From Octopus sinensis (taxonomy: Eukaryota), in NCBI RefSeq assembly GCF_006345805.1, contig NC_043001.1, forward strand, positions 71,486,001-71,550,000: 64,000 bases of DNA. Direction: 5' to 3'. Position 1 is the stretch's first letter. Every line of letters starts with the position of its first letter. Both the position numbers and the translations under genes were made by a program. Below are positions 13,955 through 28,513 of this stretch, piece by piece. Below the pieces are notes generated by a model. That model worked only from the letters and a program-made list of their open reading frames with translations. It ran no database searches and was not told where the DNA came from.

Positions 13955-14231
13955 TAAGGTAGAAATTGATATAATCAATTAAAGCCAGGGCCTAGCATAT
14001 TTAAAATAAATCCAAAAATTAAAAATGTGTGTTACATAAAAAATTTAGAGGAATGACCACTAAAGTGAACACCCTATATGCTAAACATAAACGTCAAATC
14101 GTCATTACCACGAAGAATGTGTTCTCAAGAAAAAATCTCAGCAAAAAAACAAAATGACATGGTAATGATGATTTGACGTCTATATTTAGTATATATGGGT
14201 GTCCACTTTAGTGGTCATTCCTCTAAATTTT
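13955..14231. mobile_element. PLE-end fold-back insertion (family P1)
   Basis: Inverted arms ~14041-14110 and ~14160-14231; terminus AAGGTAGAAATTGATA...CTAGCATA shared with the 21074 copy; lies in (AT)n. Confidence 0.75.
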
Positions 14232-14430
14232 GTATATATATATATACAAAATATATATAATGTATATATATATATAATATATATAATATATATATATATA
14301 TATACATATATATACACACACATTATATATATACAAACACACACACACCACACACACACACATATATATATATATATAAACAAAGATAAATGCGATACAA
14401 TAAAATTAATTATAATCGCCGGATGTACCA

Positions 14431-14498
<68 letters not shown>

Positions 14499-14499
14499 C

Positions 14500-17078
14500 G
14501 GATGGTTTGAAGATGGTGTACAGGTATCTTATATTAGAAGAAATAGAAGTAAGTACACAGAATTCGGATGGTTTTATATTTACAGATATTTATTTGTATA
14601 TTACATGTTTTTATACATCACATAACATATATCATATATCATATATTAGTGCTCTCGCCCATTCTAGTGGGGTTTTTAAATTGAACTAAGTTCTTAGGGA
14701 TAAATTTGACCCTTTTATAGTGCTATTGAGTGTGTAGTGGTGGGGAGGGATATAAGATAGTACAAGAGGGTGATGAATGGGAAGTGACAATGGAAATGAC
14801 AAATACCTAGACGCATACTTAGAGACAATCTACAAATTCCCTCTCAACACATACAAATGCAAACAGAACCTCTGCAGAAGTGACAAACAAGCCTTACAAA
14901 AACTAAAAAATGACAAGTCTATCATTATAAAAGAAGCTGACAAAAGTGGAGCAATAGTAATTATGGATACAGATTACTAGAAAGAAAAGATACTGGAGTT
15001 ACTTAACAACCAGACATACTATAAAGAGGAACCAACACCACCGGAGAAAGCAACAATAAAAACAATTTAGAACATTAGACAATGAATACCAGGACTCATT
15101 TACAGACAAGGAGAAAGACTATCTATGCAACTCAAGAACCAAATACAGCAACTTTTATGGATTACCTAAAATTCATAAAAGCTCTGAAATACAAAGAGCC
15201 ATAAAGGAACAGAGGAACCACTATATAAGAATACAAAGGCCTGCAGACCTCACAATGAGACCAATAGTGACAGGACCCCATGTACCAACACAACTAAGCC
15301 ACTTCATAGATGTACTCCTCAAACCTTTATGCCCACAGATACCAAGCTACATAAGGGATGACATAGACTTCCTCACACACATTCCAAATACAGTTCCGAA
15401 AAACACCATACTTGCAAGCTTCGATGTCTAACTACCTGTTGTCATCATTTAAACATACCACATACCACACACCCTAGGTCTGGAAGCAATAAAACAATCG
15501 GTAGAAAAATAGAGGGAACTCATAGATAAACGTTTCAAGACAGACTTTATCACCCAAGCCACCCAATTAATACTGGAAGAAAATACAATCTCATTCAACA
15601 ACAAGACATACCAACAGATAAAGGGCACGACTATGGGTACAAAATTCGCACCGTCATATGCCAACCTGGTGATGGGTTTCCTTGAGAACAAACTATACGA
15701 TGAAATAGGGAACGTCTTCGAACACGACTTCAGAGAAGACATTAAGAAAAAGTGGAAACGCTATCTGCTTCATCTTTTGGAACAGATCAGAAGACCTACG
15801 AACATTCCACAACATCCTCAACACACTGCACCCATCTATCAACTTCCCAATAAATACCAGCCACAACGAACTTCCCTTCCTAGACATCAACATCAAGATA
15901 CACAACTCCATCATCACAACAGACATCCACTACAAAAAAACCGACACACACCAATATTTAAATTTCTACTCCTGCCACCCATCCCACATACAAAGAAACA
16001 TCCCATATAGTATAGCAAGACGCATATGCAGCATAGTAACTGCCTCACAAACACGCCTAATAAGACTAGATGAACTTAAAAACTTCCCAGTAGAACAAAA
16101 AAACTCCCTTAAACTAATAAAAAATGGAATCTCAAGAGCAATGAAACTGGACATCACACAGTTCAGGAACGCCAAAACAAAAAACAAAGAAAACATTATC
16201 CCTTTCATAAACACACAGTTACCAACATGTTTCAAATCATACATTCAAACCTACCAATAGTCTTACAAAGTCCCAAACTGGAAACATACTAAACAAATAT
16301 TGCATAAAAAACAGTAGACGATAAGACAAAAACCTGAAGAAACAACTGACAAGAGCGAAATTCTCATCAGAAACTAAAACTGAATTCTTTGTAAAAGAGT
16401 GCGGAGATGGTAGATGTGGGATCTGCAGTAACCCCACCTACAAATACATGGAGGGAGACAAAGAAATGAAATTTAAAAGTGGTTACATATTCAAAGTAAA
16501 TGCAGATATGAACTGCAAGACGCAGAACGTAATATACTGCATAACCTGCCCCACATGCAAGGAGGATTACATAGGTGAAACTGGAAATTCTTTATGCCAA
16601 CGATCCAGAATTCACCGACATGTCCGACAGGAGAGCTGCGCAAGATACCACTGAGTAAACACCTAGACACATGTGGAGAAGGAAAATTTAAAATCTTTCC
16701 CTTCTACAAATGTCCAAAGAACGACACCTCCTTCAGGGGGAATATGGAAAAATACTTCATAACTAAGTTTTCCCCCAAATTGAATGGCTGAAAATATTTC
16801 TATAATAAGCTTACTAGATGAAGGACCAAATTTGTAAAGTAAATTGTATTAAACACACACACACACACACACAGTTCTACACATATGTACATATACATAA
16901 ATAAAAACAATCTCTAATCCAGATTCTCCATCCCATGTAAGCACAGGAATCAAACGTTGGATTGAAAGAACTAAATAGTGGTATAAATATCAACACAATT
17001 ATTTCTTCTTCCTCTTCTTCTTCTTCTTTCTTCCCTTCTCCAATGACACCCTTCCAGATTCACAGGCACACAAACACA

Positions 17079-17111
<33 letters not shown>

Positions 17112-17734
17112 CACACACACACACACACACACACCTTCATAAAACAATATAAAAAGAAATCCAGACAATTCTTTGAGAAGTGACTTTTTACACCCCTTTG
17201 AAATGGCCAATTTCTAAAAACCAAAATTCATTTACAGTTGCAAAAATATAAACAAAAGTGGCATTTTGGCTCCCAGCTGGCTTGACCATTGCTAAAAGCC
17301 AATGACTGATTATTTTTAACAACTTACCATTCCTTAACACCACTTTCACATACAAAAACACAAACACACACACATACATACACACACGCGCGCACATAAA
17401 CACACACACACTCTCCCACAAAACAATGATAAAAAGGAAATACAAACAATTCATGGTCTTCTTTCTCTCCCTTTTCTTCCTTTCCTTCTTTTTCATATAC
17501 CCTTCTTTCAGATACAAACACACACACATGCTCTCTCTCACTTTCTCCCCATTTATCACCCTCTTGTACTATCTTATATCCCTCCCCACCACTACACGCT
17601 CAATAACACTATAAAATTGTCAAATTTTTCCCCAAGAACTTAGTTCAATTTGAAAAGCCCACTAGAATGGGCGAGAGCACTAATATATAAGATATATGAT
17701 ATATGTTATATGATGTATAAAAACATGTAATATA
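14500..17734 (+). mobile_element. 5'-truncated PLE with an inverted pLTR copy at its 5' end
   Basis: 14597-14781 is the reverse complement of 17548-17734; both ends lie in (AT)n. Confidence 0.85.
14777..16791 (+). pseudogene. PLE RT + GIY-YIG endonuclease pseudogene (Penelope/Poseidon-like)
   Basis: IIIKEADKSGAIVIMD, FYGLPKIHK, PSYIRDDIDFL, ILASFDV, QIKGTTMGTKFAPSYANLVMG, NCKTQNVIYCITCPTCKEDYIGETG; many stops and frameshifts. Confidence 0.92.
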
Positions 17735-17740
17735 TATATA

Positions 17741-17783
<43 letters not shown>

Positions 17784-17786
17784 AAT

Positions 17787-17905
<119 letters not shown>

Positions 17906-18446
17906 GCATGTATGCGTGCATTTTATAGATATACGGACACGTCCATTATATATACTCAGGTATATGGTCTTTACAAATAATGTTACTCCTTTTACTGTTT
18001 ATATCAATATTAAATGTATGTCGGTTTGAAATTCTAATCCACATATAAAGTAGTGTATATAACCACACATAGATACACACGCACATATTTATCTAAACGT
18101 GCACGTATATACTTCTTATATACATACTCGCAATTTTTAAATGTAAATGTAAAAGAAGGTAAATTAAAAAATAAGAAATTACATGCATAGAATCATTTGT
18201 ATATGCACATATGTACACTTTTTGCATACATTCTTACTGTCTATAAACAGAAAACAGATAGAAAGTACATTGTGATAAAGTTAAATAAAATATGTAATAT
18301 ACAGCTATATGAGTCAAATAGAATAAACACACACACACACACAAATATATCTTCATAAGGACACATATACACTTCTAACAAACATTCATAGCCTAGGTCC
18401 AACCCACACACAAGGTAATGTATATAGTTTGAAATGCATTTATATA

Positions 18447-18521
<75 letters not shown>

Positions 18522-18781
18522 GACAGAGACAGAGCGAGAGAGAGAGAGAGAGGCAGACAGTGAGACAGTCAGAGAGCTATGGTATATAGTGTTAAGAACG
18601 TATCAGAGAACAGTATAAAGTTCGTCAACTTTCAGATTTTACCCTGTGCTACCCAGTAGTAGTGTTATACGTATTTCCAGGTTTGCGTTTGGGCTTCTGT
18701 CGTGAGTGAATAGATAACTGAAAAAATGTGGAGTCAACAAGGCGTACGGTTGGACATTTGTTTTCAATCACTACAATTTAC

Positions 18782-18916
18782 CTACGCAACGTAAGACGTG
18801 CAGGTACTTCACTAAGCAACCGCTTTCCTGTATTGTGAGATCCAGTTGAGTTTCCTCTGGAGGTATGTACATATTGTCTCCGTAAGTTCAGCTTCCAGGC
18901 TTCAAGATCATCCTCC
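18782..18916 (-). CDS. Candidate coding exon of an unknown host gene
   Basis: tgatag|GGAG...CGTAG|gtaaat; 135 nt, phase 2-2; only one open frame: (R)[44 protein letters not shown]. Confidence 0.4.
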
Positions 18917-18924
18917 CTATCAAT

Positions 18925-18956
<32 letters not shown>

Positions 18957-19206
18957 CGTGCGTGTATGTATGTATACATATATATTTGTATGTATATATA
19001 TATATATGTGTGTATGTATATATATATGTATATATATATATATATATACTCATGTATTACTGTTATTTTATTATTTTTTAACGCATGTATATACATATAT
19101 ATATATATGTATGTATGTATGTATATATATGTATGTATATATGTATGTATATACATATATATATATATATGTGTGTGTATATGAATATATATATATATAT
19201 GTCTGT

Positions 19207-19290
<84 letters not shown>

Positions 19291-19312
19291 TATATATATA
19301 TATATATGTCTG

Positions 19313-19358
<46 letters not shown>

Positions 19359-19417
19359 ATATATATATATAAATAATATATATATATATATATATTATAT
19401 ATGTATATATATATGTC

Positions 19418-19448
<31 letters not shown>

Positions 19449-19842
19449 GCATGCTTCCTATATGTATTTAACTACTTAAAAAAACGAAGATAAGTACAGA
19501 CAATATGATAAAGAATAATTAAAGTAACCAGATCGTATCAATAGAGTTTCAAATATTAATTGGTTTTTCAAAACTGCGAAAATAAGCATTTTAGCCCGTG
19601 GTTGCGTCTCATAACCGTTTCGGAGTACCGATTAACAAGTTAATATGTGTACATTAAAAAGTGCTCCGCAGAACTTAGAATGCAAGATCTTGAGAACCTA
19701 TTGTACACTAGCAACAACTATAATATCACCAAACTATAATTTAGTTGAAGTTATAAACACAAAATAGACGGCGGTAGTCGTCTCAGCCTTGTTGGTAGGT
19801 ATATGGAAGAACATTGCATGTATGTATGGATGTATGTATGTT

Positions 19843-20085
<243 letters not shown>

Positions 20086-20225
20086 TAAGCAGAAAAGAGA
20101 TATGGTATTTGATACTTTATAGAACACACACGTGTTACAGCAAAATTCCGAAATAATTACTTAACTGTAATTGAAACATTGTACAATCTTGTATTCTATC
20201 TCATCTGTGTCACGTGTTTATGCTC

Positions 20226-20309
20226 GACACTGATGAGGTGAGTACAAGATTGCATGTTTGTACAACTGTTACGTACTTAATTCGGCTCTTTCTGAAACGC
20301 ATGTATGTC
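20226..20309 (+). ncRNA. Minimal type I HHR motif
   Basis: gaca-CTGATGA-(long imperfect stem II)-GAAAC-gcat-GTA-tgtc; stem I gaca/tgtc. Confidence 0.6.
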
Positions 20310-20484
20310 TTACAACACATTAAATGCCAAAAGTATTTTCTGCTTCTTATTATATCCATTAGTTGGCTCGTATTCCGCACACTTATCTAGGCTGATGTCC
20401 CACATCGTTGACAATGAATACTGGAGTGAAGTGTCGTCTCCACTACTGATCTCTGTCTTTGATTTCGTGTCTGGCTTTACAGTG

Positions 20485-20542
<58 letters not shown>

Positions 20543-21073
20543 GCATACATACAGAGAGAGAAGCAGACAGAGAGAGAGTGAGAGTGAGAGAAATCTTCTA
20601 GTCAAACGCACGGAGTTTTATCAAAGAGACTGGAGATGTATGCGACAAAAACTTGATACAACAGATTTTCAAATACGAGAAGGAAAAACAAGAGACGGAG
20701 AGTGATTTACTGGGAAGCATATCACCTTCTTCGTTGCTTATATTGTGACGGTGTTCTCTCACCTTTTTAATTTACTCGTTGTTTCATGTCGTATACTGAC
20801 GCTATTTCGATATTAAAGATTTACAAAATCGTTTGAACTTCAGGCAAAATACCGTAATTCGTTCCCGGAGACCGCACGTAAACAAAAAAACTCGTAAAGC
20901 AGAGCAATAATTTCCCATAGTAGCAATGTTATAAATCGTAATTCGTTCACAGAAAAATATTCTACCTATAAAATTTATAAGACTCGTAAATAAATGGCAA
21001 TAAAACAACAATATAATGTAAAGAATACTTTATGTAAGGCAAAAAGAATGTATATATATATGTAAAATTAATT

Positions 21074-21392
21074 AAGGGTAGAAATTGATATTTATCAATT
21101 AAGACCAGTGGTCTAGCATATTAAAAAAGAATCCGAAGATTAAAATATTTATATATACCAATTAAGGACTGAACACGAAAAGTGGACAGTCAACATGCTA
21201 GATATAGACGTCAAATCGCCATTCACCACAAAAGATTATGTTCTCAGATCAAACTCAACACAAAACAAAAAACTCAACACTCACACTTGTGTTGAGTTTG
21301 ATCTGAGAACATAATCTTTTGTGGTGAATGGCGATTTGACGTCTATATCTAGCATGTTGACTGTCCACTTTTCGTGTTCAGTCCTTAATTGG

Positions 21393-21399
<7 letters not shown>
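21074..21399. mobile_element. PLE-end fold-back insertion (family P1) with perfect ~113 bp arms
   Basis: 21151-21263 is the exact reverse complement of 21287-21399. Confidence 0.85.
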
Positions 21400-21438
<39 letters not shown>

Positions 21439-23097
21439 GATTATTATTATATTATTATTATTATTACTATTATTATTATTATTATTATTATTATCGTTTT
21501 CTGAATCACTTTGTCTCGCACTAGATACGTACACTACATCACTTGTAGATGCGACCGCCCATTGACAAGCATTCATTGACGGTCTTGTAGATTTCTTTTT
21601 AAAAACAAATCTAGAATCGTCTGCGTGTAGAAGCCTTTTTTCACTCTCTATAAATTTCTCAGTAACACGCAGAAGCATTTGTCATGGTAGTAGAAACTTT
21701 TGTACTTCGTTCAAAATTTGGATCCTGTACTTGAAAAATAAAACCCGTAAGCCCGGGAATTCGTAAAGCGGGTCCTCGTAAATTGAGGTATCACAGTACT
21801 ATCTTATTAAATCATGTTCCTGTTACGTTTTGGTTTCAAATCACGCCTTAGTCAACTTTACGCTTCCTTTTTTGTGAAATCGATAAAGAAAGTACACAGG
21901 GCTGCTTTGTTAGTCTTTAAAGCTTTCTAGATGTGAATAGAATAATAAAAGAAAACACAACAAAGAGGCTTCTACGTGACCTGCTATAAAGAGTAGTGAA
22001 ATCTCCGTCATCTTACACCTTACTAGCTTAGAAAGGGACGGTCATTCTCGGTGGTAAAAAATACATAAGGCTTGAAAATGAAATGAAATAAGATGGATGG
22101 TCACAGCTGGAATGTCTTTGATTAAATGTCTATTCAGTCAAGGATGGCTTGATGCCAAATAAAAACGGCAACAGCAGAAACAGAAGCAACAACAGCGAAT
22201 ATATGAGAAAACAACTCTATCTGAACTATTAATTGAAAAAAAAGCTGCGTTTTTTCAAAGACTGAGCACTATCATGGCCTGTCTTAAAACTGAGATATAT
22301 GTTAACTGATCAAACAAAATATCTTGGCAAAGCAAATCAATTGGCTTCCTTTGTATTTGTCTCTTTTATTTATGATGTTCTTATGATGGTTTTTCTTGAG
22401 ACAATTGAGAAGTATAAATATTTTTGTAGGCGGCTAAGATATTTAATTTGTATTAATATAGAAAACATAATTTTAGAAATGAGAGCAGAGTTTACAAGCT
22501 TTTTCACATAAATAGAAAAAAAAAATAGACTAAAATAATGTCGAGTAAATATCTTTCAACAAATATTTTGATTGATATAGATTTATAAAGCTGGAAAAAA
22601 AAATAACTTAGTATTGATACTGAGAAAAATACAAACATGCTGCAAAGAAATTCTAGATTTCTACGATCGGCTGAATAAATAAAGTGGAATATTCCATTCC
22701 TTCAGCAAATACAATTCTATATCTGTTTATCCAATGTAGTAAGTTCTGTTTCATATTTCTATTATATTTTCTTCCGTTGTGTATCTTCTGATTCTCTATC
22801 TCTTCTTGTCAAGGTAACATTGTAGCTAATTCAGTCGATAAGTACTTCACAAATGAGAAGTCGGTTTTCTTTCTACTTTTCGAATCCAACCAATCATACG
22901 CACGTTTAACTTCCAATCACTAAATCAAGACTCTAAGTTAATACGGGCATCGTTTATTAGTAGGTCACTGGCTCAAAGAATGTAAATACTTGCTACAAAA
23001 AATACATTACTAAATTCAAACAGAATGGAAGAAGAAAGAACTTTGTCTGCCGCAAGTACTCCATCTTCTCCCTTCTGGTACCACTCTCTCCACTTAC

Positions 23098-23161
23098 CTA
23101 TTATTCATTCTCCATTTGCTACTACCGGATTCTTTGGACAGCTGTCCACAAGAGTCTTCTT
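23098..23161 (-). CDS. Candidate coding exon of an unknown host gene
   Basis: catctatag|AAG...AATAG|gtaagt; 64 nt, phase 1 to 2; (E)EDSCGQLSKESGSSKWRMNN. Confidence 0.4.
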
Positions 23162-23922
23162 CTATAGATGAGTAGGTAAAGAAAAAATAATTGTTGTACA
23201 TGTATATACACAAACACGCATATATGTAAATATTTGTGTGTGCGCGCGGGTGTGTGTGTGTGTGTGTGCGCGTGCGTGTGTATGTGTGCATGTACTTACA
23301 CATGTAAAGGACTATATTGTAAATGTTACATATTTATGCAGTGAATTAGAAGATTCCAGATCTTATTATTGGTAGACAAAATAACAACCACAAAACACCA
23401 GTCTTCTGATAGAGTGATCTTGCCATAACTCAATTGTCGTCGTTGTCGTCGTCGTTGTCGTCGTCGTTGTCGTCGTCGTTGTCTTCGTCGTTGTCGCTGA
23501 TGTAGTTGTTTAGCAAGAGTTCAGCTTTCCTCAGTTTGAATTAAGTTCATAAGTATTCTTACAGTGACCATCCTAACCTTTTATTCAGACTCATTGTATC
23601 AAGGAGCACATTATCCAGTATGCCCATCTATTTTTTTTTATGAACACTGAGTAATTTGGAAAATATATAACTGTTATTTTTGATAAATTGAGCAATCACA
23701 TAACTGATAGTGTTAAAAGATTATATAATGATAATGTTAATCACGACTGTTTTAATCCTTTTGTTCCCACATTTCAGTTGAAACACACTACCATTGTTTC
23801 AATTTATTACGAAAATAGTGAAGAATAACTTTATTAAATACTTAATTTTAAAAAATATATACGAAATGTAAAGTTTACCTCGGTGGAATTTGAACTCAGA
23901 AGGAAAAGATAGAGGAAATACC

Positions 23923-24156
23923 TATTTCTTTACTACCCACAAGGGGCTAAACACAGAGAAGACAAACAAGGACAGACAAACGGATTAAGTCGATTATATC
24001 GACCCCAGTGCGTAACTGGTACTTAATTTATCGACCCCGAAAGGATGAAAGGTAAAGTCGACCTCGGCGGAATTTGAACTCAGAACGTAACGGCAGACGA
24101 AATACGGCTACGCATTTCGCCCAGCGTGCTAACGTTTCTGCCAGCTCGCCGCCTTT
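23923..24156 (-). mobile_element. Young SINE family B copy nested in an older family B copy
   Basis: Full head-to-tail copy flanked by the 15 bp direct repeat GATAGAGGAAATACC (23908-23922 and 24157-24171). Confidence 0.88.
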
Positions 24157-24739
24157 GATAGAGGAAATACCGCTAAGCATTTCGCCCGGGGTGTTAACGC
24201 AGCTGCCTTTCATTTTAGAAATATATTCTTCTCTTAACATTATTGGGTCGTTACATCTTACTTCCTCACTTACTGACAATAAATTTTATAACATTTCACC
24301 TCATAACTTTTTTCTACTACTTTTTGTTAAATGCGACTAACAATTTTGATTTCCTCATGCATTTTTTTATCATTTAAGCTTAAGAAAAGTATACTTTTAT
24401 TTTAAAATTAAAAAGATTATGTTAATTGAAGATGAATAGGTGCCTTACTGCCCACCTATAGACCTGACATAATTTGATGTAACATTTTTTCTACTGAACC
24501 AAATCTCAAACTATTTATGTCAAAGTGTAACTGAGGAGGTATCCTCTTTAAAACTGTTAACATTTTGCAATTCAGTTGAGAACTGAATTAGTGGTGAGGC
24601 TTAGAAACTGCTGCGATTGACGAAATGGTGGACTTAAGAATATATTCAACTACTACGTGGTTGAAGGATATATATATATATACTCACACATATACTTACA
24701 TACAAACATGCATACATACACACACATATACACATATAT

Positions 24740-24833
<94 letters not shown>

Positions 24834-24836
<3 letters not shown>

Positions 24837-25645
24837 GGTGCGGAGAGTAAACTGTCGCCTAATTTACGTAAAAATGAAAGTAACCCTGACATCTCATTTT
24901 AACAGATATATTTCCCAAATTACATAAAACTATCTTGAGTAAATTATCTAAGGAGTAAATTTATTCAATAAAATCGCCATTGGCTTTAACCACGCCCTGC
25001 AGGCATCTTTGGAATCTCCTGCAACTCTAGTGGACTGTCTCTTTGTTTAAGTTGGTGAATGCTGCCATAACCCTTGCTTTCAATGAGGTTGTAGTCTAGG
25101 GAGTTAGGTGGCCAGATGTTAGGTGTAGTGGTGGTGTGGTGTGATGTGGTCGCAGAAATTGTCTGACAGCAATGACTGGGTTCTACTGCTTGCGTGGCAT
25201 AGTGCAGAGTCTACTGAACCAAATCTCAAACTATTTATGCCAAAGTGTAAATGAGGAGGTGTCCTCTTTAAAACTGTTAACAACCACCCTCTTGATCCAG
25301 GGCAGCACTATCTCCCCCAGGCACTTGATATAGGCCTCCATGTTGCCTCTGAGGTTGTGTGGGTAGATGAATAGAAGCATAACGTCGCAATCACTAGTGA
25401 TCACAACAAACACCATGATGATAGCTGGATGTTTCATTTTTATCACTCTCGATACATGCCCTCAGATTGACAGCCAAACACTCTGAAATGTTCGTATTGG
25501 ATCTTCCAGCATAAATGCCAAGCAGTACAGCATGTCGCGTCTCAATTCCTGGTAGAGTTAATTGCGTCATTATTTTGTGTAATCGACAAAATAAATCAAA
25601 AACAACAATGCTCAAGGGCGAAATTAAAAACACAATATGCACCCA
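24834..25645 (-). mobile_element. Internally deleted Tc1/mariner-superfamily (maT-like) transposon
   Basis: End TA|CAGGGTGCG; transposase remnants KHPAIIMVFVVITSD...YIKCLGEIVLPWIKRV and DSALCHASSRTQSLLSDNF. Confidence 0.8.
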
Positions 25646-25650
25646 TCGCA

Positions 25651-25900
25651 TAGAGACAAAACCACTATTATGCAAATCAAACAAAGAAAGACTTAAACCA
25701 ATACATAAAATAATTTATATATATTAAAATTTAACAATTTAATATATATAATATATATAATTATTTTATGTATTGGTTTAAGTCTTTCTTTGTTTGATTT
25801 GCATAATAGTGGTTTTGTCTCTAATTTATTATAATATAATATTTTACTATAAAATTGGATTCAATCTTAAATCTAATTTTTCCTTGTAAATTTGGATTTA
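25651..25900. mobile_element. PLE-end fold-back insertion (family P2)
   Basis: Inverted arms spanning 25651-25823; homologous to 9997-10060. Confidence 0.75.
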
Positions 25901-25959
25901 TTCCCTAATATATATATATATATAATATATATATATATTATATATATATATATATACAC

Positions 25960-26312
25960 AAAATTTAGAGGAATGACCACTAATAGTGGACAGCCTGTAT
26001 GCTAGATATAGACGTCAAACTCGCCATTTACCACGAAGAATGTGTTTTCAAAAAAATTTCAGCAAAAACCAAAGCTCAAAAATAAGACATGAACATATAC
26101 GAAAATAAAAAAACCATTACCTACGTACTAATTAGTTTCACTTGTTAATATTTACGTATATGGATTCGTATATTTTCATGTCCTATTTTTAAGCTTTGGT
26201 TTTTCCTGAATTTTTTTTGAGAACACATTCTTCGTGGTAAATGGCGAGTTTGACGTCTATATCAAGCATACAGGCTGTCCACTATTAGTGGTCATTCCTC
26301 TAAATTTTGTAT
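25960..26312. mobile_element. PLE-end fold-back insertion (family P1), ~145 bp arms
   Basis: ~25960-26103 versus ~26165-26312 inverted; the spacer holds the HHR 3' half GAAAC-TAATTA-GTA on the minus strand. Confidence 0.8.
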
Positions 26313-26739
26313 GTATAAAATGTTTGCGTGTGCACGGGCATCACGAGCATATGTACGTGTGTGGTAAGTTCATGCTTATAGAGATATGTAGGTGCGTGCA
26401 TGAAGTACTAAAGCATGAAAGGCTTAAATTTTTGAAGTAGTAAAGATACAATAACCACTACGCTTACACAACTGGTTCGATGTATCATTTTCTTTCAAAA
26501 CGGCTATCATAAGCCTCCTCCTCCTCTCCGCCTCGGTAAATTTAGTGCAGTGATCTTAGGATACGTGGCATTTGTCTCTGCATCATTTCTTGCATCGACG
26601 CATTAGTTGACTGCATGCTGACAAGTGCAGCGTGACTCTAGAACTTTTAAGATGAAAGTTTAAAAAATCAAAGCCTGAATTGAGTATGGGGGGAAAGGGT
26701 TAGGTATTTCACTAAGACAGTAAGTCCTTTGATTTATGC

Positions 26740-26798
<59 letters not shown>

Positions 26799-26806
26799 GA
26801 GAGATG

Positions 26807-26888
<82 letters not shown>

Positions 26889-27126
26889 AGATAGATAGAT
26901 AGTCAGATAGATAAAGACAGACAGACACATAGATGTGTATATTGTGTTTGTGTCAATATATATGTTTATATATAGGCATGTATATACGAATATATACATA
27001 TACATACATACATGAATACATACATACATACATATATGTATATGTATATATATACTCATATATACATACATATACATATATGTATATATATGTATACTTA
27101 AAGAGATAGATAGATAGATAGATAGG

Positions 27127-27191
<65 letters not shown>

Positions 27192-27949
27192 GTGTGTATG
27201 TATTGTGTGTGTGTCTGCATGCATGTATATATGTATGTATATCAAACATACCGTGTTTTATTAGATATTCTTTAAAAGTTTAGACGCCAAAGCTTCCTTT
27301 CACTCCATTTTTTCAATAAGTTTCAATCGTTTTTCGTATCTTTTATATAATACTGAAGAGTAAATTCTATCTCCAAGTGGAACCATGTTCTAAAAGACGT
27401 ATCAATATATCGGTTACTAATATTGGCATTATGTCGTGGCTGTTGTAGTTATGGTTATGCTGTAGTTGTGGTTACTGTCCTTGTTTATCTTCAAGCAGTT
27501 CTGACTCAGCAAACATCAAACGTTCTGATTATCCTATCAGAACGTTTCATAGACTTACTTGTGTAATGTGTCCTTTGGTTTTTAATAAGCTACCGTGTAT
27601 TTTAAAGGATTATCGCTACATTGTCAAGCAGACTGACCGGTTATGTGGACGCAGTTACGGACGAAATGTTAACAAGTTTGCTTCGCAATGACGAGGTCAC
27701 ACGTTCAATCCCATTATATATCTTCTTGAGCAAGTGACTTTCGATTTAGCCTCGTAACGATCATGACGTTATGAGTGGAACTAGATTGACGGATGCTGCG
27801 AACGCTGTAAAAGTGATTTAATGGTTCAGCCTTGTTACGCACTGTGCCACACCGGTTCCACTGAGATGGGGAATAATCAAATTAATGCACAGATCAGTCG
27901 TTCACGTGACGTTCTCGACAGCAGGGTGCAGCAGAGGCAACGGCAACAC

Positions 27950-28513
27950 TATCGTCATCAACATCATCATCATCAACATCATCATCATCATCATCATCTG
28001 CAGCATCAGCATTTGCAGTAGCAGTAACAATAGAATCACCAACTTCAGTCCTAGCAGCAGCAATATCATCGGCAGCAAATGGAGCAGTTACTTTAACATC
28101 ACTTGCATCATCAACATCAGCGGAGGTGTTAACAGTGACAGTAGTTGCATCAGTATCAACATCCTCGTCGTCGTCGTCGTCGTTGTCGTCGTCATCATCA
28201 TCATCACTGTCAACACCATCATCATCATCATCACTGTCGTCATCATCGTCATCACCACTATCATCATCTTCACTAACATCATTACTATCAACATCATCAT
28301 CATCGTCATAATCATTGTCATCATCATCGTCCTCATCATCATCGTCATCATCATCATTGTCATCATCATCATCGTTATTATCATCATCGTCATCATCACT
28401 ATCATCGTCATCATCATCACTATCATCGTCATCATCATCATCATCATCATTATCACTATCATCGTCATCATCATAATCATTTTCATCGTCACTATCATCC
28501 TCATCATCCTCAT
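27950..28513. repeat. Imperfect (CAT)n microsatellite
   Basis: Directly visible; source of the poly-I and poly-M ORFs. Confidence 0.95.
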
